64,000 nucleotides of DNA from Phyllobates terribilis (lineage: Eukaryota), in assembly GCF_046119375.1 (NCBI RefSeq), contig NW_027362764.1, positions 166,904,001 to 166,968,000 on the forward strand. The letters are read 5' to 3'. This document shows, in pieces, positions 48,991 to 60,358 of the stretch. The number at the start of each line of letters is the position of its first letter. Positions within the stretch are counted from its first letter, which is position 1. The notes beneath the pieces were generated by a model. That model saw only the letters and a program-made list of their open reading frames with translations, did not search any database and had not been told where the DNA came from. A program made the translations under genes and the position numbers.

Positions 48991-49030
48991 CACCCCAACG
49001 CGCGTTTCGGCGAACCTTTGCCAGGGGGCG
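48991..49030 (-). ncRNA. Degenerate minimal type I hammerhead ribozyme motif
   Basis: CGCCCC-CUGGCAA-A-GG/UUCG/CC-GAAAC-GCGC-GUU^-GGGGUG. Palindromic ACGCGCGU, 6-bp stem I, core changes A6G and G8A. AATAAA on the same strand at 48671-48666. Confidence 0.55.
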
Positions 49031-49123
49031 GTGCAATAGTGAAACAAGCAGCTATTTACATGGGAGTCCACCAGTCAGGGCTGTGAGAGATTGGAGATGA
49101 CGCACATCTCCCAGGCACTACAT

Positions 49124-49246
49124 CAGGGGTCAGCAACTTTGGAACTGCAGCAGTTATAAAACCTCAACAGCCAGAATTTCCTGGCAAACACAGGCTGGGA
49201 GTTGTAGTCTCACAACAGCTGACATTCTGCAAGTTGCTGATCTATA
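49124..49246. mobile_element. Short degenerate hAT-like MITE
   Basis: Ends CAGGGGTCAGCAAC ... GTTGCTGA with an internal GCTGGGAGTTGTAGT motif. No TSD resolved. Confidence 0.45.
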
Positions 49247-49910
49247 CCCAGCTTAATCCGCTATTGAGAATATACTTTAGGTATTGCTGCTGCCTATCAA
49301 TGGCCTATAAATCTGCAGGATGTCCTAAAGCAGAGCCTTATAAGCGGCTAACATTCATACTCATAAAACTGTGCAATAGAGAAATATAAAAATCTAGAAG
49401 ATCATATGAAAAAATACAAAAAAACTCTTAGCTTAATAGTAATGCCAATTAATATAGAAAATTACAGATAAAAAATATACAGTATATTATTGGTATTGCC
49501 TAGTGGAGAGCAACCTGAACTGTAAAGTTATCATGTTATTTAAACATAAAAAATGTTTGTATTATATAAAAGTAGTTGAACTTATGCACTTATCTACAGA
49601 ATAAAATTCACGTGTCATACATGTCATGTCCCCAACACAGATGGACCCCACAGATGCACTATAGATAATTAATTTGGGGCCTCCTGCTACATATGCAGCA
49701 TGTGAAGAAGGGACAGATTAGGCGATACTGGAGTTTGGATATTGTTTTACAATACCTCTCGTTACTTTTGCAATGTCTTCTGGATGTAAACTGTTGTTTA
49801 GGCACATTAAAGGGCTCAGAAGGTAAGGGCCATGATTTGGCATTTGAAGTATGGATTTTACAGTACTGATTTTAAACTGATTTCACTTTGTACAGGCTTG
49901 GAGATACCAG

Positions 49911-50388
49911 TAATAATAATATTAATAATCTATATTTTTATATAGCGTCAACATATTCTGCAGCACTTTACATACGTTATCATCACTGTCCCCATTGGGG
50001 CTCACAATCTAAATTCCCTACTAGTGTTGAGCGAGTATGTTCTATTAACCCTTTCGACGAGTATGCTTGGGCCGAGCTCCGAGTATTTATAGCTGCTCGG
50101 TGATATGGTTGAATCGCTCCCGTGTGCATGATTTGCGACTGTTTGACAGTTTTATTATATGTGAGGAATGTCTATTTCTTACACATTCCTCACATGTATT
50201 AAAACTGAACAAAACATACTCGCTCAACACTATTCCCTACCTGTATGTCTTTGGAGTGTGGGAGGAAACTCACGCAAACACGAGGAGAACATACAAACTC
50301 CTTGCAGATGTTGTCCTTTGTGGGATTTGAGCCCAGGACCCCAGCGCTGCAAGGCTGTGGTGCTAACCACTGAGCCACCATGCTGCCC
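49911..50388 (-). mobile_element. tRNA-derived SINE (V-SINE/SINE2-like), interrupted by a hAT MITE
   Basis: 5' end GGGCAGCATGGTGGCTCAGTGGTTAGC (A box), then GGGCTCAAATCC (B box), a central TTTGTATGTTCTCC..GTGAGTTTCCTCC domain and a (TTA)n tail at 49911. Confidence 0.85.
50022..50232. mobile_element. hAT-type MITE, 211 bp
   Basis: TIRs TAGTGTTGAGCGAGTATGTT / AACATACTCGCTCAACACTA. 8-bp TSD TTCCCTAC at 50014-50021 and 50233-50240. Confidence 0.9.
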
Positions 50389-50985
50389 AGTACAATAAAA
50401 AAAGTCCTAAGGGTTGTAGTTTAAAAAGAATTAGGTTATGGGAAGCTGTCATCAGGACTTACCCATTGAGGGTATTAGGAACGCTTTATCGGCCTACTGA
50501 TACCGTCTTTAATGATGACTGTATTAGCCCTAAATGCTAAATGTATGTGTAAAATGAATTTTAAAGAGGTATTCCCATCTCCAAGATCCTATCCCAATAT
50601 GTAGTAGGTGTAATATTAGTAAATACTTATAATTAAAAATGTAGTATAGTTCTTCAGATTTGCTATGTTGCTTACCTCATGTACAGGGCATTTCATTAGC
50701 TTAGGTATCCATGAACCTGGGCAGGAGTTTCAGGGTGTCAGAGACAGAAGAGATAAGTAATGGCCATAGTGGCAAAGTTGCTCCCCTAAGTGGATAAGGA
50801 TGCGGAACCGAGTATGGGACTCTTACAAACTGAATTATAGTTCTGAGCTGGGATGTGGTGAAGTAAAGAGAAAAGGTGAAGATAGAGGACAAAGGAGAAA
50901 TGAGGAAGGACTCCGTGTGCGGAAAATGTTGCTTATGGTAAAAGAAATGTTCATCAAGATATGTGCTCGCTATCTCCTGTATATA

Positions 50986-51290
50986 CCGTATTTTGAGGAA
51001 TATAAGACGCACTGGACCACAAGAAGCACCCAAAATTTTGGGGAAAAAATTAGGAATTAAAAAAAAAACAATATTGTGGTGCGTCTTATAGTCCAATTTT
51101 ATGATTAGTTTCCGGAGGGCGGCGGAGGTGGAGCTGGGTCACAGGAGGCAGGGTCGCTGCTTCAGGAGTCCGGGGCGGCAGCAGTGCGGCGATGCTGTGG
51201 GCCCCGGGCTGGGAGGACGGTGTGTCCCAGCGGTGCGAGGCTACGGACCCTGGGCTCTCATAAGATATTGGCGCTGGTAAGCAGAGTCCT
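50986..51290 (+). mobile_element. pogo/Tigger-like non-autonomous element fragment
   Basis: TA followed by CCGTATTTT...TATAAGACGCAC, with an inverted GTGCGTCTTATA about 80 nt later. The right end is not resolved. Confidence 0.45.
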
Positions 51291-53119
51291 CTTCCCATTG
51301 ATTTCCCTGCAATGGGCTTCAGGAAAATTGTCGCCAGAGGTGTCGCATGCGCAGATTGACATCTTGAGATACACAAGCCTCTCTTTGGCGGGTGCAAAGC
51401 AATGTTGCTAGAAAATAAGTTACTGAATTCTCTAAAACTTGCTAAGACCCTGCCCCAAACAGCTTTGAGGGTATCGGGAATATACCCCTACCTGGTTCAC
51501 TCCTGCATCCAGAGGTCGATGAGTTGAGTTAATATCCACTGGAGTGTGGATTAGATGCCATGCAGACTATGAACTGCAGTCTGTAATAACTGACCAATTA
51601 CAATGATCACCAGAATGGGGGCTCTGTGATAGATCAGTTGCTCAGTAACAAAATTGGTGGGAGGTGATGAGAGCTGACAATATTGTTATGTCATCTGCTG
51701 TTTTTACATTGTGACTGTTAGCCAAGCAGTAATAATATGTGCTGGTCGGCAGCTGATTGCTGTGTGTGCTGTACTATTATGGTGAAGTTCCTTAAGGGTG
51801 TATTGTCTATTTATTTCTAATATTTTATGAACTGCATAGGTTTCGTGTGTGTTAAGCAATCTCTATTTGTACTTTGATCCTAATGTTTTCATTATTTGTG
51901 TATAATTTTTGGTTTGTGATGTTTTGTGTAAAATTACTTAACGTATTGTCTTTCTCTCCTAGACTCCTGGCAATGAAAGAATCTGTGACATCTTTGCATT
52001 ACCAATTCCATTTGCGTAAATTGACTATATCCAAAAACATAAAGGAGACATGCTAAGCTATTTGTGATGTTCTTTAGCCTGAATTCTTTCCAGAGCCATA
52101 TGAAGAAATTTGGAGTGAGGTCTTTAACAGTTCCCAACTAATCCTCAACTTATGTTTTCCAAATGCGTTGGTGTCGTGGATGGAAAACATACATATTCCA
52201 AAACCTCTATACTAAAGTCCTGAAGTTTTTTATTACAATTATTTTTCATATGGTACTTATGGCTGATGCAAATTATACATTTCTAGAAGCCGACATGTGG
52301 ATATTGTCAGAGTAATAACTTATATTTTCTATATAGTGCATAATTGTTCAAAAATTTTGTAGCAAAACCTTTGTAATATCCAACCCCAGATCATTAGCAA
52401 GAAAACAAAGGTCCGGCAGTGTCTTATGTTCTGGTGGTAACACAGTGTATGAGAACCTGTTGACGCCTTATTCTAAATAAGAGTTAAAATAAGACTTGTT
52501 GAATGCACATTTAAGATTTTTATTGGAAGTTGGCACATTGTTATCAAGGTTATCCAATTTGAAACGGAAATCAGTAGACAATGTTGTCAAGGCATGTGTT
52601 ATTTTATACAACTTTATATATATAAAATTTCTTCATGCGTCTCAGGAGTATATTACCTCAGGGGCGAACATACCATTGATGCAATCTGTGTAGCCACTCA
52701 AGGGTCCAAGAGGTAAGGGGGGCCACTTCTACCTCTAAAACAGAAGGAATTGTGCATTATGATGAGTTATTGGACTACAAAGGCCCATATATTGCTCTGG
52801 AACAAGGGCCCTCTTCTGCCTATGTCTGCTCCTGTGTTACGTCTATTCTACAGCTTGCTGAAGGCCCAAGAATCAGAACAGCATGTGATGCGTGAAATGG
52901 ACATATTGGATTGGCAAGACACATTGAACTAAATCAATAGTTAAATCAATAGTTACAAGCAAGTTACTTACCAGTCGACTTCCCCTCTGTGCCAGCACTG
53001 CCACTCTGGTGGTCTCCATTAGGTTTGGAAGTGATGACATTCTGACTATCAATCACCCGACTACTGAGGCCACTGAATGACTTCAATGGTCAGGTAACTG
53101 ATGGACGGGATGTTACCAC

Positions 53120-53334
53120 TAGTGTTGAGCGAATTTGTTCGGCATTTCATATTCGTGTTCGGGGTTCCGGCTTGTTCGAGCCAAAAATCAGCTGCGCTGT
53201 CACGCGGATGTTATCTGCATGTCAGCGTGGCAAATCAAGGATGTTCATGGGCGGAGCCGATTTTTTGGCGCGAACAAGCCGGAACCCCAAACACGGACCG
53301 AATTTGAAATGCCGAACAAATTCGCTCAACACTA
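53120..53334. mobile_element. hAT-type MITE, 215 bp
   Basis: Long TIRs starting TAGTGTTGAGCGAATTTGTTCGGCATTTCA. 8-bp TSD GTTACCAC at 53112-53119 and 53335-53342. Confidence 0.9.
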
Positions 53335-54213
53335 GTTACCACTAATCAGTTACCTGATTGTTGCAGTCAATAATTGGTCTTAGCAGTAACATACCATAAA
53401 TATACACTTATACAGTGATTGGCTGCAGTGGTCATGTGAATGATGAATGGGACGTCATCATTTCTAATCCTGGTGGGGTCAACCATAAAGGTGGCGCTGG
53501 AGCGATGGAAAATTTGAAGTTTAGATAATGCTTATTCCTTTATTAATAATGTACGTTTACGTTATTCTCTGGCAAATGTTCAAAGTTAAAAATGTTCCCA
53601 AAAATTTCCCATAAGAACACATTGAGTGTTTATCTTGCGTTATGTTTTTCACTTAAACGTTTTGATAGTGTTAGATTTAGAATGTTTTGTCAAAATATTT
53701 GAATTTCTGTCATTTGTTTAAAATTGTAATGGACCTATGTACTTATCAAATAACAACTTACAGCTATTGATTCAGTATATTGATTGGTTTTGAACTGTAT
53801 CTTATCATGTAGTAAATAATTACTAAAAAGGTTGTCTGGTGAGATTTTTTTTTCTAAAAAAAGAAAAAAAAACAAAACAAAAAATAACAGTGAATGGCTG
53901 CAATACTGGCAAGGGGCTGAGCAGAGGGAAAATGAGTGAAGTGAGTATTTTTTTAACTTATTTGCAGGATTACAGAATTTTAGAGAATTTTATAAAGAAA
54001 AATATTGCTCCCCAGACAACCCCCTTAATCTTCTTGGTTTTAGATAGCACAGATGCCTTGTGGAGTCCATACTGGTATACATAAACAGGCCATTGCTTTT
54101 TGCCAGATTGAAGGGGTCCTAAACAAAGTTAGGCAGTAAATTTAGATATTATGATCAACAAGGTACATACAATATCATGGTAATGACATGTATACCAGTG
54201 AAATAAAAAAAAC

Positions 54214-54657
54214 TTAAAGCACCACTCCAGCGTTTTTTTCTTTTTTTTCATTGCACCACTGGAGTGGTGCTTTACATGTAATTCCCCTGCCTCCTGTCTC
54301 ATACTCACTTGCCGCCGTCTTCATTGTTTTCCATGGTTTCTCCCATCAGTCTCTGGCGAAAAGTGACCAGCCGGCAGCTCCAGTGTTTCATGGAGTGGCG
54401 GGGAGGTCACTTTTCAATACACGTCAATGGGAGCCTCGTTCCGGCCTTGTTACGGCTCTCATGGACTTGCATTGAGAGCTTGTGACGTAGATTCTGACTT
54501 CTGGCCAGTCAGTAGCTGCGATCACAAGATGGCGGGACCGGAGTGGTCCAGAAAAACGGTGAAGATGCCAGAGGTTGAGTATATGACCAGAGGCAGGTGA
54601 CTTACATTTAAAGCGCCACTGCAGAGCTGAAAAACAAACGCTGGTGTTATGCTCTAA
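54214..54657. mobile_element. TTAA-flanked T2-type MITE with long imperfect TIRs
   Basis: Left TTAAAGCACCACTCCAGCGTTT pairs with right AAACGCTGGTGTTATGCTCTAA. Nested inverted copies occur at each end. Confidence 0.6.
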
Positions 54658-56877
54658 AGAAGGACTCCATTCTTTTCTTTTGCACATGTAAAGTTTACTC
54701 ATATTCTTGATCCCCACTGTTTATTTATTTCATTCAATTACACTTACACCCACTCATTTCCCACACTTTCCTATAGTAAATTGGATCATCTGTTCTCCGG
54801 TTGGACAACCTGTCCAGCGCATATGCCAATGTGCAGACAGGACGTCAGGTGTGTGAGCCCGCTCCATACACCTTGTCCAGCTTTATGACTGAAATACATA
54901 CATCATGGAGTATTAAGTGGTTAATATATAATTACAAAAATAGAAGATAATTATTCATTTAACTAAGTGTTTTCTTCTCTTTCTTGTGCACTCCAAACAG
55001 TAGGCCAACAAATAGGATAAAACTTCACTTTTATTATACAGTTTTCAATAAAACACTTTTCATGTGAAAAAAATGTACTCAGTTTTATTTAATTTGATGA
55101 GAAAAGAGAAAATTTGTAATTTTGTATAAAACCTGATACATACTGTATATTTCAATCCTATCAAAATAATACAACTGGTGCAGTGTTGCTGGAATTCAGT
55201 TATACCACTGCGAGTCTATAATAATTCCTCAGTATTCCCTTGTCCTTCTCGTGATATTGGATGGCGTGGACCTAACCTTTTCATACCATCATTGGCATAA
55301 AGTGAGTTCCCACCATAACAAGAGTAACCCTGGAGCCTAATCCCTATTCCCAGTCCTTGCATGAAAATAACTATGTTCTCTAATTCCTACTCACTTCATC
55401 TATCTAAGAGCCTCTTTAGGGATAATAATGTCTTGGAATTGCAGGCTGAAAAAGTCCATCAGGCACATTAATAAATAAATAATTAGGCAATTAATGATAA
55501 ATACATAAAAAATAATGTTACATTTACAAAAATACTATCTATACATGTTCATATTGTGAAAGTGAATATACATATGATATCATAGTAGAAATCACAGCAA
55601 AGTGCACACGTGTAAAAAAACCCATACAAATAATATATTAAAGTGCTCACCAAAAGCCAAGGAGGCAACATGAGGAATACGTAGTATGGTGTCGTACGAA
55701 GATATCCAATTAGGTTTGAACACCCACCAAAATCCAAGGCGCTATGTAGCACATAGGAGAATAGTCTGCCAAAGTGCACTATGCACGTATTTGGCAAAAA
55801 GTAGGAGGCAAAGAGTATTCAATCAATGAGGCATAAATAGGTGGAGATTTGAAATGTATCTGTCCAAAATAGTAAAGGCGTTATGTGGTCACAGAGATGA
55901 TTACCATCTCATGACTAATGCATGTACAATAGTACTGTTGAAGATACAGTGGCCATATAGGTTAAGAAAAAAGTGCAAGAATTGTCCGGCTCATACGTTA
56001 CAATTATAGTAGTCTTAACCATATAAAATAGAAAGCTGAGCCAGAATTATAAAGTGTGTGTACCATAAATGAATCGACCACAGCCATATAAAAAGGACAA
56101 GAATGAGGTGGGTCTATAAAGAAAAGCAAAATATAGGGGGAGCCCATGGGCCCTCAATAGCATAATGAAAAACAAATTTGGTAAGTAACTCAAAAATGGC
56201 TAAGGAAAAATATCACCTCCAGCACTGTATAATATAGACAGCACGCTAATATCACAGCACCAAACTAGGATGAAGCTGGGAGAATCTGAATACCAGTACA
56301 CAACCAGTGTACGATTGAGGCAAAGGTCCATAACATCCAAAAATAATGAACAATTATGGTTTTAATCCAACACCCCTCACCCAAGAGATGGTGAACAAAC
56401 CCAAGAAGGAGGGGACAAACTCTAAGGACAGTAATAGCTTACAAAGTTAGATATGAAAGTGTCCAGAGGTACCAGAAATGGCCACTGCAAGCATAAAACA
56501 AAAAACAAACCATTAATTATTGGACGTCTATACTTTTGGTCACATCACTACTTATCCATGTGACCAAATGTATAAAAAAAGAGAAAGAACAAATTACAGA
56601 AATATTAAGTTACAGCAAAAAAGTATTTCAGAAAGAAATTCATTGGTGTTGCTGAGTCTTCAATAATGAAACTCAATGTAGATATTCTTATCTGAAATAA
56701 ACAGTTGAGAATTGAATGTTCGTAAATGGTATAAAACATAAGCAGGCATCAAGAATCATACAACATATAAGGGGCAAGGGCAAGCTCACATATGAAAAAC
56801 CAATCAGTAACATAGAGTACGTCCTATTTTAAAATCTACATTAAAGCCACTTCCTATGCGGGAGGGAATTCATTATA

Positions 56878-58031
56878 CAGTAGCAACCAAAAGTTTTTCA
56901 TTTTTTTTAAAAGTGTGATTAGTTCTGTCTGGTTGTTGTGATGCTATTTTCATGGTGATTTTAGTAAACCGGAAGCAAATGTTTGTCAGCTTTAAGGACG
57001 AAAATTGTGTTTGACACTGTTTTATGTGTAAGTTTTCAATATTTGCTGGGCCAAATGTTTTGCATATTTTGTCATGTTTTTTTGTGTTTTTAAGTTAAAA
57101 CATGGCAAAAGGAAAACCAAATTTATCACCAGATGTCAGGAAGCTTATTATTCTGAGAGTGAAGTCAGGCTAAAGCCAAAAAAGAGGAGCTATGGAATTC
57201 AACTGTTCTCAGAGTCAAGTGTCACGTATATTAAAGAAAGAAAAGAAGGTTATGGAACAGCTGACAAACCTAGAAGTGGATGACCACAGAAAACGTCCTC
57301 CAGAGTTGATCACATTATTAAGGAGAAGTCAGTTTCTGATGTCCATAAAAGTGCTGTACAGATTTCTCACGAAGTGAACGAAAAATATGGGATCAAAGTG
57401 AGTCGCCAAACTGTGGTGCAACAGCTAAGAGCAGTAGGGCTGAATGCACAAGTTCCAGTCAAGAAGCCTTTCATCTCTGCAAAGAACTGGAAGGTCCAAC
57501 TTGAGTTTGCCAAAGAATACAGCTAATGGAAAGAGACAGATTGGTCTAAAGTGTTGTGGTCGGATGAATCCAAGTTAAATCTGTTCAGCAAGACAATGAT
57601 CCTAAGCACACATCCAATTTAGTCAAAAAGCAATTTAGCCTATTGCAATGGCCAAGCCAATCACCTGATTTAAACCCTATTGAGCACCTTTGGGATGAGT
57701 TAGGGTAACGAGTTGGGGCCCTAGTGGCTTCAATGACCCATCCGTGTGGTGCAGCAATTAAAGCAAGAGGTTATGCTACAAAATACTAAGTTATGGCATT
57801 GTAAACAATTAATTACTCTCTATGTTGTGATCAATAAATAGGATATGCAAAACTTTTGGCAGTCAGTTTTCTTTAATTAAACTTATATTCAAAAGTATTT
57901 TGGTTAAAATTAAGGTCTTGCATGATGGCAACTTCAAGCACTTTCAATTCATCACCAGGAAAATGGCATCACAAAAACCAGATAGAAGAAATCACACTTT
58001 AAAAAAAATGCAAAACTTTTGGTCGCTACTG
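56878..58031 (+). mobile_element. Tc1-family transposon, internally deleted and inactive
   Basis: TA TSDs, ~45-bp TIRs CAGTAGCAACCAAAAGTTTT...GTGTGATT. Broken transposase with [17 protein letters not shown] and [15 protein letters not shown] motifs, frameshifts and stops. Confidence 0.9.
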
Positions 58032-58900
58032 TATATCTGGGGTGGCAATTTGTGACATATATAGTCCATCATATCCCTGACATTAACTACAAAACCCTTG
58101 TCAGCCAGCAAGTTTAATGGTGAGACTGCTGCCATGGATCAACTATTGTTCAGGAGTCTCATGTTAGAGTGGTACAATAAAGACCCTTTCATTTGGTTCT
58201 TCATTTGGTTAATGTCAAGCTTTACTGCCATAAAAATGTATTAATAGCTGGTGGAAAGGTAGGTGGCGTGAAATAAACCTTTAACCACTTCGCGCCAGAG
58301 CCTGTTTTTGCCTTCGTGACCGGGCCAATTTTTTCAATTCTGACCACTGTCACTTTATGAGGTAATTACTCTGGAACGCTTCAACGGATCCCCCTGATTA
58401 TGAGATTGTTTTTTTGTGACATATTGTACTTCATGATAGTGGTAAAATTTCTTTGATATCACTTGCGTTTGATTGTGAAAAAATCAGAAATTTGGCGAAA
58501 ATTTTGCAATTTTCAAACTTTGAATTTTCATGCCCTTTAATCAGAGAGATATATCACACAAAATAGTTAATAAATAACATTGCCCACATGTCTACTTCAC
58601 ATCAGCACAATTTTGGAACCAAAATTTTTTTTTGTTAGGAAGCTATAAGGGTTAAAAGTTGACCAGCGATTTCTCATTTTTACAACAAAATTTACAAAAA
58701 CATTTTTTTTAGGGACCACATCTTATTTGAAGTGACTTTGAGGAGCCTTTATGACAGAAAATACCCAAAAGTGATACCATTCTAAAAACTGCACCCCTCA
58801 AGGTGCTCAAAAACACATTCAAGAAGTTTATTAACCCTTCAGGTGCTTCACAGGAATTTTTGGAATGTGGAAGAAAACAATGAACATTTAACTTTTTTTC

Positions 58901-59960
58901 ACAAAACTGCTACTTTAACCTCAAATTTTTAATTTTCACAGGGGCAGCCAGAAAAAATGGACCCCAAAATGTGTTGTGTAATTTCTCCTGAGCACGCTGA
59001 TACCCCATATGTGGTGCAAAGCCACTGTTTGGGTGCACGGCATGGCTTGGAAGGTAAGGAGCGCCATTTGACTTTTGGAATGGAAATTTGACTGGAATGG
59101 ATAGCGGACGCCATGTTGCATTTGGAGAGCCCCAGAGGTGTCTAAACAGAGGAAACCCCCAACAAGTGACCCCATTTTGGAAACTAGACTCCTCAAGGAA
59201 CTTATCTAGATGTGTGGTGAGCACCTTGAACCCCCAGGGGCTTCACAGAATTTTATAATGTTGAAGTGTGAAAATAAAAAAACACATTTTTTAACACAAA
59301 ACTGCTACTTTAGCCTCAAATTTTTAATTTTCACAAGGGCAGCCAGAAAAAATGGACCCCAAAATGTGTTGTGCAATTTCTCCTGAGCACGCTGATACCC
59401 CATATGTGGTGCAAAGCCACTGTTTGGGCGCACGGCATGGCTTGGAAGGTAAGGAGCGCCATTTGACTTTTGGAATGGAAATTTGACTGGAATGGATAGC
59501 GGACGCCATGTTGCATTTGGAGAGCCCCTGAGGTGCCTAAACAGAGGAAACCCCCAACAAGTGACCCCATTTTGGAAACTAGACCCCTCAAGGAACTTAT
59601 CTAGATGTGTGGTGAGCACCTTGAACCCCCAGGGGCTTCACAGAATTTTATAATGTTGAAGTGTGAAAATAAAAAAACACATTTTTAACACAAAACTGCT
59701 ACTTTAGCCTCAAATTTTTAATTTTCACAAGGGCAGCCAGAAAAAATGGACCCCAAAATGTGTTGTGCAATTTCTCCTGAGCATGCTGATACCCCATATG
59801 TGGTGCAAAGCCACCGTTTGGGCGCACGGCATGGCTTGGAAGGTAAGGAGCGCCATTTGACTTTTGGAATGGAAATTTGACTGGAATGGATAGCGGACGC
59901 CATGTTGCATTTGGAGAGCCCCTGAGGTGCCTAAACAGAGGAAACCCACAACAAGTGACC
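58901..59960. repeat. About 395-bp tandem repeat, 2.7 copies, inside the piggyBac
   Basis: Units start with acaaaactgctacttt at 58901, 59296 and 59690 and are nearly identical. Confidence 0.93.
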
Positions 59961-60358
59961 GAATTTTACAATCTACTCCTCTGTATAAATTAATCTAGTG
60001 GTGGGAAAATAAGTAGATAGGTAAATCTACTAAACCCATAGATGAATTCCCACAGAGGTGTCATTTCTATAATGGGGTCACTTCAGGGGGGATTATGCTG
60101 TTCTGGCACTTTTCAGAGTACCAGAGCTAAAGAATCCCCCCTGAAGTGACCCCATTTTGGAAATGAAACCCCTCTGGGAATTCATCTATGGGTTTAGTGA
60201 CCATTTTAACTCAATGGATGATTTCCAGAAACAAGCACGCAATGGAAGGTTTAGATTCTGGAGAACCCCCCCTGGAAATTAAGTGAGCTCTACTCGAATG
60301 TGTCATTCACTAAATGAACCAAATGTTTGAATGACAAATTGGGATACATTTTTACAGT

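Noticed and set aside
50561-51490. Possible T2-type MITE starting TTAAAGAGGTATTCCCAT and hosting the pogo-like fragment
   Set aside because: The left end is plausible but the right TIR is too degenerate to define the element.
52988-53006. CTCF-like GACCACCAGAGTGGCAG on the minus strand
   Set aside because: It has an extra base in the core and sits in repeat-derived sequence.
58910-59949. Repeated 60-104-aa ORFs
   Set aside because: They recur only because of the 395-bp tandem unit inside the piggyBac, and no protein motif is recognisable.
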